Position numbers and translations under genes: made by a program
Notes under the pieces: model-generated
Seen by the model: the letters and a program-made list of their open reading frames with translations, nothing else
The model's database searches: none
Told to the model about the DNA's origin: nothing
Source of the DNA: Spirochaetales bacterium
GTDB lineage: Bacteria > Spirochaetota > Spirochaetia > JABEVK01
Length of the DNA: 64,000 bases
NCBI GenBank assembly: GCA_037142615.1
Contig: JBAXAI010000002.1
Span: 1 to 64,000, forward strand
Reading direction: 5' to 3'
Shown: positions 1-9,744 of the stretch, one piece after another
Numbering within the stretch: position 1 is the stretch's first letter
How the letters are laid out: every line of letters begins with the position of its first letter

Positions 1-912
1 ACTGACTGGGATGCGTTCGCCGCTGTTCCGATGGACTTTGCCGTCGTTTCCGTGAAGCGTGGGGCGGTCACCGACGTGGTGCGCCAACTTCGTCAGCGCG
101 ACATCGCTGTGTTGTGTGAGACGCCGCCGGCGGAGTCGCTGGAGGATTTGAAGGCCTTGTGGGCCGAGCAGGGCGGCGCTGGCGTTCGTTTTCAGGTGGC
201 CGAGCAGTATTTTTTGCAGCCTCTTTATGCCGCCTGGCTCGAAGCCATCCGTTTGGGCCTTTTGGGGGCCATCAGCAACGTCAACCTTTCGGCGGTGCAT
301 GGTTACCACGCCTCGAGTTTGATCCGTCGTTTGCTTGGCCTGCGGTTCCCGAGTTTCGTCGTTAGCGGGAAGGTGTTTCGTTTTCCGCTTACCAACACGG
401 GCTCCAGGGCTGGTCTCGATGTGTCGGGTACCGTGGGTGAGGCCGTCAGGCATCGGCTCGAGATGACCTTCGACAACGGTCAGGTCGCCTTCATTGACTT
501 CTCCGGCTCGCAGTATCACTCCACCATCCGTACGCGGCAACTGACCGTGCAGGGCAGCCGGGGCGAGATCGACGACCTGACCGTACGGTACCTCGGGACC
601 GACAACCGCGCGATCACACAGGTCTTGGAGCGGATCGACCGAGGAGTGTACAACAACACCGACTGGTCACACGATCGCTTGATGCTCGGTGGAATCTGCC
701 TCTACGCTACGCCGCTGGCGGGGGCCCGCCTTAACGACGACGAATTGGCCGTGGCCACCTGCTTGCTCGAGATGGCCCGCTCGCTCACTGACGGCAAGCC
801 GTTCTATGGCTTGGCTGATGCACTGGAAGACGCTTCGTGGGCCCTTTTGTGGGACGAAGCCCTCGCAAAAAGCACCCCGGTTGTGTCGGTACCGCAACCT
901 TGGCATTCTTGA
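1..912 (+). CDS. Gfo/Idh/MocA-family oxidoreductase (5' end probably outside the window)
   Basis: ORF open from the window edge; VLCETPPA (variant of the CEKP motif), QVAEQY, HGYH and GSRGEI are typical of this family. Confidence 0.8.
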   Translation, partial: TDWDAFAAVPMDFAVVSVKRGAVTDVVRQLRQRDIAVLCETPPAESLEDLKALWAEQGGAGVRFQVAEQYFLQPLYAAWLEAIRLGLLGAISNVNLSAVHGYHASSLIRRLLGLRFPSFVVSGKVFRFPLTNTGSRAGLDVSGTVGEAVRHRLEMTFDNGQVAFIDFSGSQYHSTIRTRQLTVQGSRGEIDDLTVRYLGTDNRAITQVLERIDRGVYNNTDWSHDRLMLGGICLYATPLAGARLNDDELAVATCLLEMARSLTDGKPFYGLADALEDASWALLWDEALAKSTPVVSVPQPWHS

Positions 913-938
913 CACCTGCTCGGGCTTTGGGATATAAA
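909..938 (+). promoter_or_regulatory. putative sigma70 promoter of tRNA-Leu
   Basis: TTGACA at 909-914 and TATAAA at 933-938 (18-bp spacer), 17 nt before the tRNA. Confidence 0.5.
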
Positions 939-955
939 GATCGAGCTATTGACCC

Positions 956-1038
956 GCGGCGGTGGTGAAATGGTAGACACGCCAGCTTGAGGTGCTGGTG
1001 GGAGCAATCCCGTGAAGGTTCAAGTCCTTTTCGCCGCA
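956..1038 (+). tRNA. tRNA-Leu(GAG), integration target; CCA not encoded
   Basis: Acceptor stem GCGGCGG/TCGCCGC+A, D-loop TGGTAGAC, anticodon arm CCAGC-TTGAGGT-GCTGG, long variable arm GGGA-GCAA-TCCC, T arm GAAGG-TTCAAGT-CCTTT. Confidence 0.97.
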
Positions 1039-1110
1039 AACTCTAAAGTCTTATAGACTAAGAAATTAGCCTACCGAACAACGGGGGCATATCAACAACG
1101 ATTCTGCTAG

Positions 1111-1130
1111 TGTCGCACTTTTGTCGCACT
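1111..1130 (+). repeat. putative integrase arm-type sites at attL (TGTCGCACT x2)
   Basis: TGTCGCACT at 1111-1119 and 1122-1130; same doublet at 26731-26751 and 27256-27275. Confidence 0.7.
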
Positions 1131-1147
1131 CTGCAGGGAGGAATGAT

Positions 1148-2350
1148 ATGTACCCCGGGAAAGTTCGCACCCCCTTTTCCCTTTACGAACGAAAGTTTTC
1201 AGGCAGGCCTTCGGTCTGGTACGTCCGATTTTGGGACGAAAGTACCGGGAAGTACCGTAAGGCCCGCTCCACCGGCATCCAGCTGATTGGAAAGCGTCTC
1301 CGTCGAGCAGACGCAGAAGCGGTTGCTCGCGAGTTCCTCCAGAGTGTCACCTTCGATACGCGCGTCGCCTCCGTGGGCTTCCTGGAGTACATAGAGAACT
1401 TCTGGACGCCCGACAGCCCCTATGTCCGTGAAAAGGCCCTCATCGACAAGCGGCCCTTGAGCAACGGCTATGTCAAGAACAGCCACGATGCGCTCGTTAC
1501 CCATGCACGGCCCTTTACGCGCTTTCAGAAGTTGAAACTACACGACCTCAAGGCGGGCGACATCCGCGACTGGATGCTTGAACGTTCCAGGGCAGGAGTT
1601 GGGCCCAGGCGCATCAACGCGGCACTTCAAGCAATGCGGATTGCTGTCAAAGAGGCCAATCGCCGAGGGGACCTACCGGCGAACCCGTTCCAGACGGTTG
1701 GAAAAGCCACCGACAGTCCCAAGGAGAAGGGCGTACTCACCGCTCCCGAGGTCGCCCAGTTGGCCACCATTGCCTTTGACGATCCCAGGGTTGGCCTGGT
1801 CATGCTGTTGGCCGCTGAGTGCAGTCTCCGCCGAGGCGAAGTTCTGGCACTGCGCTGGGGTGATCTTGAGTACGATAGCGAGTACATCCATGTCCGCCAG
1901 AACTTCGTGAGGAACGAAGGTTTCAAACCTCCCAAGAATGGGAAGCCCCGCAAGGTTCCACTGCCTGCAACAGTGAAGGAAGCACTCGCAAAGGTGAAGT
2001 CGGTGAGCCCTTGGCACGACGCGCTTGATCTTGTTGTGTTCAACCCTGACGGGAGAGGCAAACCCTTGAGCGAAGACTTCACCCGAAGCTCATTTCCCAA
2101 GGCTCTCGCCGCAATCGGGATAGCTGACGCAGAACGCGCCGAACGCAATCTGACCTACCACGGCCTACGCCATACGTTCGTAACACTTGCCCGGATGGCC
2201 GGTATTCCTGAATTGGCAATCCAAGCCATCACGGGGCACAAGGACGACGTGATGATGGATCACTACTCGCACGCGGCTCAGGTTCTCGACTTCAGCGATG
2301 CCATTGCCAAAATGGACGCCGCTCTCCGGCCCGCAAAGGACCCGGTATGA
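1148..2350 (+). CDS. int: tyrosine integrase
   Basis: Catalytic residues LRRGE, PKNG, YHGLRHT, GHKD, HYSH; GGAGG RBS before ATG 1148; adjacent to tRNA. Confidence 0.95.
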   Translation: MYPGKVRTPFSLYERKFSGRPSVWYVRFWDESTGKYRKARSTGIQLIGKRLRRADAEAVAREFLQSVTFDTRVASVGFLEYIENFWTPDSPYVREKALIDKRPLSNGYVKNSHDALVTHARPFTRFQKLKLHDLKAGDIRDWMLERSRAGVGPRRINAALQAMRIAVKEANRRGDLPANPFQTVGKATDSPKEKGVLTAPEVAQLATIAFDDPRVGLVMLLAAECSLRRGEVLALRWGDLEYDSEYIHVRQNFVRNEGFKPPKNGKPRKVPLPATVKEALAKVKSVSPWHDALDLVVFNPDGRGKPLSEDFTRSSFPKALAAIGIADAERAERNLTYHGLRHTFVTLARMAGIPELAIQAITGHKDDVMMDHYSHAAQVLDFSDAIAKMDAALRPAKDPV

Positions 2351-3225
2351 AGGCACTACGGCTCGTCACCAACTTCGGAATCTTCGCCATCCAAGGATTG
2401 CTCACGACGATGTTTTTCTTCGGCCTTGGTTCGACTGACGTGGAGCGATACCTGCTCGCCGGGCTGGGTGTCGTCCTGGAGTTGGCCAAGCGGCAAGCCT
2501 GGCTGGAGTGGAAAGGTCGTGAGGCAGACACCGGCTTCGTTGCGCTGCTCTTGGCCCTGATGCTCTCGTGCACTTCAGGAATTGCTTCTGCCGCGTTCTC
2601 GTACACCGCAATTCAGACCAGTTCGAAGGTCGCCACTGAGAATGAACAGGTTCGCAATAACCTACTGAAATCTGTGGAGAGTCTGAACCAGCAAGCCCAG
2701 GCACTTCAGCAGAAGCTTGATGCCATGCCGGTCGACTGGGTCACCAAGGGGCTCCAATACTCTGAGGCTCTTGGGGGAATCGCAGCACAGCGCGACCTCG
2801 CAGTGAAACAATTGGGTGAAATGGGTGGAACGGGGAAGAATGGTGAAAATGCCCAAGTTCTGAGGGCTTTGTGCGATTCGGTGGGCATCAGCTTCACCTC
2901 GGCAATGCTTGTGCTGTTGGGCATGCTCGCCCTGATCATGGAAGTGGCGACCTACGGAATGTTGCATGGGCGAAGGAGAAAACCCGGTTCTCCACCGCCG
3001 ACTCTCGAAGCGCTGGTCTTGGAAACGGCCTACCAGGCCGTCGACAAGCCGCTGGTCGGGAGAAGGGCGATTGCAGAAAGGCTACACATGAAAGAGGCGG
3101 ACATTCGCGTGCTGCTTGAACACTTCCAGAAGGTGGGCATCATCGACACTAGGCCGAAACGGCGGGGCTATTTTTTGACGATGCCCCTGAATGAGGCGCT
3201 GATGGCAATCGAATCTCGGGATTGA
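2347..3225 (+). CDS. hypothetical membrane protein (TM helices + coiled coil + C-terminal wHTH-like segment)
   Basis: ATGA overlap with int; 3 N-terminal hydrophobic segments, heptad-rich middle, a fourth TM, then GRRAIAERL..EADIRVLL..GII. Confidence 0.7.
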   Translation: MKALRLVTNFGIFAIQGLLTTMFFFGLGSTDVERYLLAGLGVVLELAKRQAWLEWKGREADTGFVALLLALMLSCTSGIASAAFSYTAIQTSSKVATENEQVRNNLLKSVESLNQQAQALQQKLDAMPVDWVTKGLQYSEALGGIAAQRDLAVKQLGEMGGTGKNGENAQVLRALCDSVGISFTSAMLVLLGMLALIMEVATYGMLHGRRRKPGSPPPTLEALVLETAYQAVDKPLVGRRAIAERLHMKEADIRVLLEHFQKVGIIDTRPKRRGYFLTMPLNEALMAIESRD

Positions 3226-3288
3226 AGTCGATTGTGCACTGATGGCGCAGTCGAATGCTTCAGGTTTTGAAAGGATAGGGGGCGACAT

Positions 3289-3753
3289 ATGCTTCTGGGA
3301 CACCCACAGACTCGCCGTGAGTTGATGCGGCCAGGCGACAAAGTACTGTACTGGAGCTCGTCGATGGAAGATTTCCTCCCACACGAGGTGCTCAAGCTCA
3401 CTGACAAGAACGTTTGCCTGGAAGTCTGGGACCGCAAACGAGGCGAACTAGTCAAGAAATGGATACCCTACGACCGAATGGCCTTGATCCCTTGTGAGCT
3501 GCATGGACCAGAAGCCCCCCGCGAGCTTGTGGCAACGCACCACCTCTGGGCGGGCCTTACAGAGTTGGAGCCTGAGTCGGGGTACCACACCATTGGGGCC
3601 GGTATTCGCTGCGTGCTTCGGAGTCGCTACTGGCTCATTCGAGCTGCTTCGAGCCGAGAAGGGAAGTACCTGCCGAGCGTCGCGACCGTGTGCAGTGCCC
3701 TGGAAGAAATTGGGGCAACTGAGATTGAGTTCGATTCTGGGCATCTGGACTAG
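3289..3753 (+). CDS. hypothetical protein
   Basis: 154-aa ORF with protein-like composition and purine-rich upstream sequence; no family recognised. Confidence 0.55.
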   Translation: MLLGHPQTRRELMRPGDKVLYWSSSMEDFLPHEVLKLTDKNVCLEVWDRKRGELVKKWIPYDRMALIPCELHGPEAPRELVATHHLWAGLTELEPESGYHTIGAGIRCVLRSRYWLIRAASSREGKYLPSVATVCSALEEIGATEIEFDSGHLD

Positions 3754-3788
3754 CCCGTTGACAACTAGTTGGCCAGTATTGCGGTTCG

Positions 3789-3817
3789 TTGACTTGTCTG
3801 TCTAGCCAACCTATGAT
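3789..3817 (+). promoter_or_regulatory. sigma70 promoter, probably giving a leaderless uvrD-like mRNA
   Basis: TTGACT (3789-3794), 17 bp, TATGAT (3812-3817); ATG at 3825 is 7 nt downstream with no SD. Confidence 0.65.
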
Positions 3818-3824
3818 GGCGTAG

Positions 3825-6602
3825 ATGTTGCAGCTTTCGCCCGCACAAGACGCCATCATCAATCACCGAGGCTCAGACCTTCAGATCATCGCGTGTGCCG
3901 GGGCGGGGAAGACCGAGTCCATTTCCCGCCGTGTTGCAGCCCTCCTGGCGGAGGGTGTTCCACCGTCGGCAATCATCGCATTCACGTTCACCGAGAAGGC
4001 TGGAGCCGAGCTCAAAGAGCGCATCTTCCAACGGACCGAAGACCTCATGGGCCACGACTTTCTCGACACCCTGAGTGCCATGTTTGTCGGCACGATCCAT
4101 GGCTACTGCTTCAGACTCCTTCAGGACAACGTCCCCGAGTACGGCAACTACGACGTTCTGGACGATCACAAGCACGCTGGTCTCCTGAGCCGGGAGTTCA
4201 AGCGCCTGGGCCTGGCTCAGTACGCCAAGCGGCATTGGGACGCTATCGGCGAATGGATTCGCTACACAGACGTCGCGGGCAATGAGTTGTATACCGACGA
4301 GCAAATGGAGGCTGCCGGACTGGGCGAGACCTGGAAGGTCTACAAGGAAACTCTAGACAAGTACCACTTCTTGACCTTCTCGATGGTCATCGCCAAGGCT
4401 GTCGAGTCACTCCAGCGCGACGATATCTTCCAGAAGGTTCACGGGCCGCTGCGGTACCTCATCGTAGACGAGTACCAGGACATCAACCCTGCCCAGGAAA
4501 AGTTGATTCAACTTCTCGCTCAAGCTCCCGTCGAACTCTGCGTGGTGGGCGACGATGACCAAGCCATCTACCAATGGCGTGGTTCCGACATCGACAACAT
4601 GATCACATTCAAGCTTCGAAAACCGGGAGCCAGGCTGGTTGAGCTTCTCGAAAACCGCCGTAGCCGCCCTGAGATCGTGAACCGTGCCTCCGCGTTCACC
4701 CAAACGATTTCGTACCGTCTGGAAAAGAGCATGCTGCCGGTACGGTCCGCCCAACAACCAAGTGTGATTCCTTGGAGTTCCGAAACCGCCGAAGATGAGG
4801 CGGCGCTTTTGGCCGACACGATTTTGAAGCTCAAGGCGCAGGGTCGGGCGTGGTCCGACATGGCACTCTTGTTCCGTTCGGTGCGAACCAGCGCGCCTGA
4901 GTTTCTGGAGGCCTTCCGAGAACGAGACATCCCGTTCTCGGCAGGTGGCCGTACGGGACTCTTCATGCAGGCTGACATGATCGCAATCGGAGAGCTCTAT
5001 GCGTGGCTCGCGGGGAGCAATTGGAGGAAAGGACCTTTCGGAGAGTTTTATGAGCCGGACCTGAACGAAGTGGCCAAGTCTCTTCACCAACTCTTCCCCC
5101 ATGGTCCGGCGTCGGAGGAACTGGAAGGCTTTGTCCAGGACTGGCAATCGTTCTACAAGAAGACCAACAAGCCCTTCGACCTGGTTGGCGACTTCTATCG
5201 GCTCCTGAGTTTCCTCAAGGTTGCCGACCAACTGGACCCGGACTCCTCCGTGGACTCGGCCCGGCTGGGAGCCTTCGCGCGTTTTAGCACCATCCTAGCC
5301 GATTTTGAGAGCGTGACCCGGCGCGGGCGCTACGTTGAGGAAGCCGGTGCCGTCGTCTATCGGGGTGGCCAGAATCGTGGGGTCTGGTACCTCACGAGCC
5401 TGCTGAACTACCTGCTCCACTACGCTCACGGGAACTACGAAGACTTCGAGGGAGAGGACGGCAAGGGTGCAGACGCCGTTCAGGTTCTCACCATCCACCA
5501 GGCGAAGGGGCTGGAGTGGCCCATCGTGTTCCTGCCCAGCATGGTGGATGGTCGCTTTCCGAGCCGACGCAGCGGCCGTGAACAGAACTGGCCGTTTCCC
5601 GACAGCGTGATGGGAAAGGATACCAAAGCCGCCTACCAGGGAACGGAGGACGAGGAGCGCCGGTTGTTCTACACTGCCGTCACCCGTGCCCGCGACGGAC
5701 TGTATCTTTCCTACTTCCGGCGCAAGAAGAACAGCTTCAAACCTTCGCCCTTTCTGGGCGAGTTTCTCGACAATTCCGATATTCCGCTTTGTGAGACTCT
5801 CCCAGTAGTACCGTTCACCGAGGCAGCCAAGATCGCCGAGAACCCCCCTGTGGCTGTCAGCTTCTCCGACACCGCACTCTGGCAGGATTGCGGCTACAAG
5901 TACCGACTTGCCACCATCTACGGCTTTCAACAGAGCATTGCTGAGGAGTTGGGGTACGGACGCGCTTTACACCACGTGTTGCGCCATTTGGCTGAGGCGA
6001 CTCAGGCCACCGGTACCGTTCCCGAGCCTTCGATGCGCAAGGTACTCATCAGCAAGGAGTTCTACCTCCCCTTTGCCGATAACCCGACGTTTGAGCGAAT
6101 GTATGGGGCAGCCGGAAGGCTCGTTGAACAGTACGTTGCCAAACACCAAGACGACCTGTTGAGGGTTTGGGCTGTTGAGCGCCCTTTCGAGCTGCATACG
6201 GCTGACGGGACACTATCGGGCCGCGCCGACGTGATTCTCGACCGTGAGGGCGGCGAGGATGGTCAGCTGGCCATCGTCGACTACAAGGTTGCCAAGGACG
6301 AGGAGCGCGAGCTCCGCTACCAGCAGCAACTCCAAATCTACACCCACGCTGGCCGCAGGGAAGGCGTCAACGTGACAGCTGCCTACCTTCACGGACTGGC
6401 TGGTTCCGACCGCGACGTTGTCGATGTTTCGGACAAGGCGATTGAGCTCGCCATCGCCAAAGCCACTGCCACAATGGCATCCATCCGCCAGAAGGACTTT
6501 CCTCCCCAGACCGAAGCACCCGGCTGCAAGGCTTGTGACTTCAATCGAGTCTGTCGGCACTGCCACCACAAGGTGAAGGCCGAACTGGAGCTGGGCGAAT
6601 GA
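3825..6602 (+). CDS. UvrD/REP SF1 helicase fused to a C-terminal PD-(D/E)XK (RecB/AddB/Cas4-like) nuclease
   Basis: CAGAGKT, DEYQD, GDDDQAIYQWRG, TIHQAKGLEW, EERRLFYTAVTRA; C-terminal GRAD..IVDYK with Cys pattern QDC ... CKACDFNRVC. Confidence 0.92.
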   Translation: MLQLSPAQDAIINHRGSDLQIIACAGAGKTESISRRVAALLAEGVPPSAIIAFTFTEKAGAELKERIFQRTEDLMGHDFLDTLSAMFVGTIHGYCFRLLQDNVPEYGNYDVLDDHKHAGLLSREFKRLGLAQYAKRHWDAIGEWIRYTDVAGNELYTDEQMEAAGLGETWKVYKETLDKYHFLTFSMVIAKAVESLQRDDIFQKVHGPLRYLIVDEYQDINPAQEKLIQLLAQAPVELCVVGDDDQAIYQWRGSDIDNMITFKLRKPGARLVELLENRRSRPEIVNRASAFTQTISYRLEKSMLPVRSAQQPSVIPWSSETAEDEAALLADTILKLKAQGRAWSDMALLFRSVRTSAPEFLEAFRERDIPFSAGGRTGLFMQADMIAIGELYAWLAGSNWRKGPFGEFYEPDLNEVAKSLHQLFPHGPASEELEGFVQDWQSFYKKTNKPFDLVGDFYRLLSFLKVADQLDPDSSVDSARLGAFARFSTILADFESVTRRGRYVEEAGAVVYRGGQNRGVWYLTSLLNYLLHYAHGNYEDFEGEDGKGADAVQVLTIHQAKGLEWPIVFLPSMVDGRFPSRRSGREQNWPFPDSVMGKDTKAAYQGTEDEERRLFYTAVTRARDGLYLSYFRRKKNSFKPSPFLGEFLDNSDIPLCETLPVVPFTEAAKIAENPPVAVSFSDTALWQDCGYKYRLATIYGFQQSIAEELGYGRALHHVLRHLAEATQATGTVPEPSMRKVLISKEFYLPFADNPTFERMYGAAGRLVEQYVAKHQDDLLRVWAVERPFELHTADGTLSGRADVILDREGGEDGQLAIVDYKVAKDEERELRYQQQLQIYTHAGRREGVNVTAAYLHGLAGSDRDVVDVSDKAIELAIAKATATMASIRQKDFPPQTEAPGCKACDFNRVCRHCHHKVKAELELGE

Positions 6603-6625
6603 CGACGAGCATTGTTCGGACCTTC

Positions 6626-6654
6626 TTGCAGTGCCACAGTCTTGAAGCTAGAAT
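6626..6654 (+). promoter_or_regulatory. putative sigma70 promoter upstream of mod
   Basis: TTGCAG (6626-6631), 17 bp, TAGAAT (6649-6654). Confidence 0.5.
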
Positions 6655-6666
6655 TGACGACAACAA

Positions 6667-6715
6667 GGCCGCCCACGCCACTGCTTGCACGCGTACCAGG
6701 GGCGGCTCTTTTTTT
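6667..6715 (+). terminator. intrinsic terminator-like hairpin in the mod leader
   Basis: GGCCGCCC (6667-6674) pairs with GGGCGGCT (6700-6707), followed by T7 (6709-6715). Confidence 0.55.
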
Positions 6716-6767
6716 GCCCGTAACTCGCACAATTTGACCCATTTTGAACCCCGCAAAGGACCCCGCC

Positions 6768-9743
6768 ATGGCAAAACAGAAACCTAGCTCTTCCGAGATC
6801 GTCCACCACCTGCATTCCGGCGACAAGCGTTCCAACATTCCGACGTCAGCTTTGGCGGGGCAGGGCTCCATCCCCAAGGCAGCTAAGAAGAAGTACTACT
6901 ACAACCCGCACTTGAGCCCCGTGCTCCGCTTTGACCCGACAGGCAAAGCCGACCATTTGGCCGAACTCATTGCCAAGGCGGGGAAAGGGCCGCTCACCGC
7001 CGACGAACAAAAGACTCTGGCCGAGGCACTCAAGAACCACCAGCCGTGGCTGGAATGGACAGGCAAGCGCGAAGCCGAAGAGAAAGGTTACTTCGAGGTC
7101 GACCCCGTGGCCCTGCACATCCATGAGCGAGTGAGCACCCAGGCAATCCTCCGAGCCGCCAAACGCGAAGACATTCAACGGGACTTGTTCGCCGACCCCC
7201 AAGAGGATTGGCGCGAAACCGTCAAATGGTACCAGCACGACATTGACTGGACCAACCGGTTGATTCTGGGCGACAGCCTTCAGGTGATGACCAGCTTAGC
7301 GACCAGGGAGAATCTTGCGGGGCAGGTGCAGATGATCTATATGGACCCGCCGTATGGAATCAACTTCAAGAGTAATTTCCAGTCGGAGCTTGGGAAAAGG
7401 GATGTGAAGGAAAAAGACAAGGACCTGTCGAGGGAACCGGAGATGGTCCAGGCATACCGAGACACTTGGAACCTTGGAGTCCATTCATATCTGGCTTACA
7501 TGCGTAACCGCCTTGAAGCAAGTAAGTCTCTATTGCACGCTTCGGGCTCAATATTCGTACAAATCTCAGAAGAGAACCTTCATCTCGTCAGGAACCTTCT
7601 GGATGAAGTAATGAAGCCGGAGAATTTCGTGTCAGTCATCTCGTTCCAGACAACCAGCGGGTTTGCAGATGCGAAATCACTTTCCCGACTGGGCGACTAC
7701 ATCCTCTGGTTCGCCAAAGACATTACACAGCTCAAGTACTATCCCCTCTATGACAAACAAGACGTAGAGCCAGGAAGTCTGGCGGCAGGATGGGTGCTTA
7801 CGGCTGACGGGGAATACCGAGGGACAAGTTCGAAAGAAGACAACGGTGAGAGAAAGCTTCCCGAGGGGAGCCGTCTCTACAAAGCAGACAACATTCTTTC
7901 GCAGGGCGCGGCCTCCGAACCACAACCATATGTGTTTCAAGGGAAGCTGTATGAGCCCAGTTCCAACAACCACTGGAAGCCCAGCTTCCCCATTGGGATA
8001 AACCGATTGGGAAAATCAGGGAGAATTCATGTTGCCAAGAACAGCATTCAGTACCGGCGATTTGCCGATGATTTTCCCTACACCTCACGTGGTAACATTT
8101 GGACCGACACGCTCACCGGGAGTTTCACCGATGACAAGGTTTATGTGGTACAGACGAGTCCCAAAGTAATTGAGCGTTGCCTGCTGATGACAACAGAACC
8201 CGGGGACCTCGTTCTTGATCCCACCTGCGGTTCCGGGACCACAGCATTTGTCGCTGAAGAGTGGGGACGGCGATGGATCACTATCGACACGAGTCGCGTC
8301 GCTTCGTCTGTCGCCCGGCAACGATTCATGACGGCGAAGTTTCCGATTTTCGCTTCAAATGTCCCAACAAATGGGGTGATGATCAATCCGGGCAGTGGGT
8401 TTGCGCTCAAGAAAGTACCCCACATCAAGCTCCAACACATCGCCCAGAACACCAACCTCGACCCAATCTTTGCCAAGCATGAACCGATTCTTGATGCTGC
8501 CTTGGTTCGATGCAATTCAGCGCTTGCTCAGGTGACGAGTGAACTGAGAAGTTCTTTGCGGACCAAGTTGGAAACTAAGCAGCGGGCAGAGGGGAAGTCA
8601 TCCATTACCGACGCCGATGAGAGACGCTGGATACTTAGGGACCGTTTCGAACACTGGGAAGTCCCATTCGACACGGAGCCAACATGGCCTCAGGACCTCC
8701 AATTAGCTGTCAAAGCCTACCGAACCGCTTGGCGTGCCAAGATGGACGAAGTCAACAAGTGCATCGCCGACAACGCTGACCAGGAAGAGTTGGTCGACGA
8801 CCCCGTCGTCCTTCCCGGCGTGCGTGTCAGTGGGCCGTTTACGGTGGAAGGGGTCATGCCTATCGAGGAGGGCGAGCTGGCCGGAGAACCAGAAGACCTG
8901 GCAGAAGACCCATATGCCGCTTACGATGCCAGCCGCAATGTCGAGGCCTACCTTGAATCGATGCTGGCCCACCTCAAATCGGACGGTGTGACCTTCCCCG
9001 GCAACCTCGTTCGCAAGTTCCGCAAGCTGGAACCCGTCTGGAACTCTGGCTTTGATCAACCGTGGCACGCGGAAGGCTGGTGGCAAGAGGACGACGAAGC
9101 GGGCGGTCCGTCCATCGCGATCGCCTTTGGACCTCCGTATGGCCCGCTAACGGCCCGAACAATGGAAGACTTGATGCGGCGAGTGGGCAGGAGCTTCAGC
9201 CAATTGGTGGTGGCCGCGTTCAATTTTGACCCTGAGACGGTGGAAGTCATTGAAGACGAAGCATCACACCCCCGCCTCACCATCCACAAGGCTTTCATTC
9301 GGCCCGACATCAATCCCGGCATGGACGGCCTGTTGAAGGACAGCCCTCGGAGCCAGCTGTTCACGGTGTTCGGCAAACCCGAGGTCGAGGTCCATTCTGC
9401 GCCCAATGGCGAATGGCAGGTAGAACTGCTGGGTGTCGATATCTACGATCCCCTCACGGGCGACATCCGCCCCACCAAGGCCGACAAGGTGGCAGCTTGG
9501 TTCCTCGATTCTGACTACGACGGCCGATGCTTCTGCGTAACACAAGCTTTCTTCCCTGACCAGGATGCTTGGGAGAAGATTGCCAAGGCCCTCAAGACCC
9601 AAGCCGACCAGTATGCTTTCGCCCCGTACAAGGGCACCAAATCAGTGACCTTCAAGGCGGGTACGCACGGGCGTGTGGCAGTCAAGGTGATCGACCCCCG
9701 AGGAAACGAAGTCATGGTGGTCAAGAAACTGGGCGAGGCCTGA
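6768..9743 (+). CDS. type III-like site-specific DNA amino-methyltransferase (Mod, beta class)
   Basis: ILGDSL, MDPPYG (motif IV) preceding LDPTCGSGTT (motif I); long C-terminal extension ending VKVIDPRGNE; start at ATG 6768 after AAGGA. Confidence 0.92.
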   Translation: MAKQKPSSSEIVHHLHSGDKRSNIPTSALAGQGSIPKAAKKKYYYNPHLSPVLRFDPTGKADHLAELIAKAGKGPLTADEQKTLAEALKNHQPWLEWTGKREAEEKGYFEVDPVALHIHERVSTQAILRAAKREDIQRDLFADPQEDWRETVKWYQHDIDWTNRLILGDSLQVMTSLATRENLAGQVQMIYMDPPYGINFKSNFQSELGKRDVKEKDKDLSREPEMVQAYRDTWNLGVHSYLAYMRNRLEASKSLLHASGSIFVQISEENLHLVRNLLDEVMKPENFVSVISFQTTSGFADAKSLSRLGDYILWFAKDITQLKYYPLYDKQDVEPGSLAAGWVLTADGEYRGTSSKEDNGERKLPEGSRLYKADNILSQGAASEPQPYVFQGKLYEPSSNNHWKPSFPIGINRLGKSGRIHVAKNSIQYRRFADDFPYTSRGNIWTDTLTGSFTDDKVYVVQTSPKVIERCLLMTTEPGDLVLDPTCGSGTTAFVAEEWGRRWITIDTSRVASSVARQRFMTAKFPIFASNVPTNGVMINPGSGFALKKVPHIKLQHIAQNTNLDPIFAKHEPILDAALVRCNSALAQVTSELRSSLRTKLETKQRAEGKSSITDADERRWILRDRFEHWEVPFDTEPTWPQDLQLAVKAYRTAWRAKMDEVNKCIADNADQEELVDDPVVLPGVRVSGPFTVEGVMPIEEGELAGEPEDLAEDPYAAYDASRNVEAYLESMLAHLKSDGVTFPGNLVRKFRKLEPVWNSGFDQPWHAEGWWQEDDEAGGPSIAIAFGPPYGPLTARTMEDLMRRVGRSFSQLVVAAFNFDPETVEVIEDEASHPRLTIHKAFIRPDINPGMDGLLKDSPRSQLFTVFGKPEVEVHSAPNGEWQVELLGVDIYDPLTGDIRPTKADKVAAWFLDSDYDGRCFCVTQAFFPDQDAWEKIAKALKTQADQYAFAPYKGTKSVTFKAGTHGRVAVKVIDPRGNEVMVVKKLGEA

Positions 9744-9744
9744 C

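Noticed and set aside
6599-6787. 62-aa ORF between uvrD and mod
   Set aside because: Although it overlaps the uvrD stop (ATGA), it has no recognisable motif and runs across a promoter and terminator-like hairpin; better explained as non-coding
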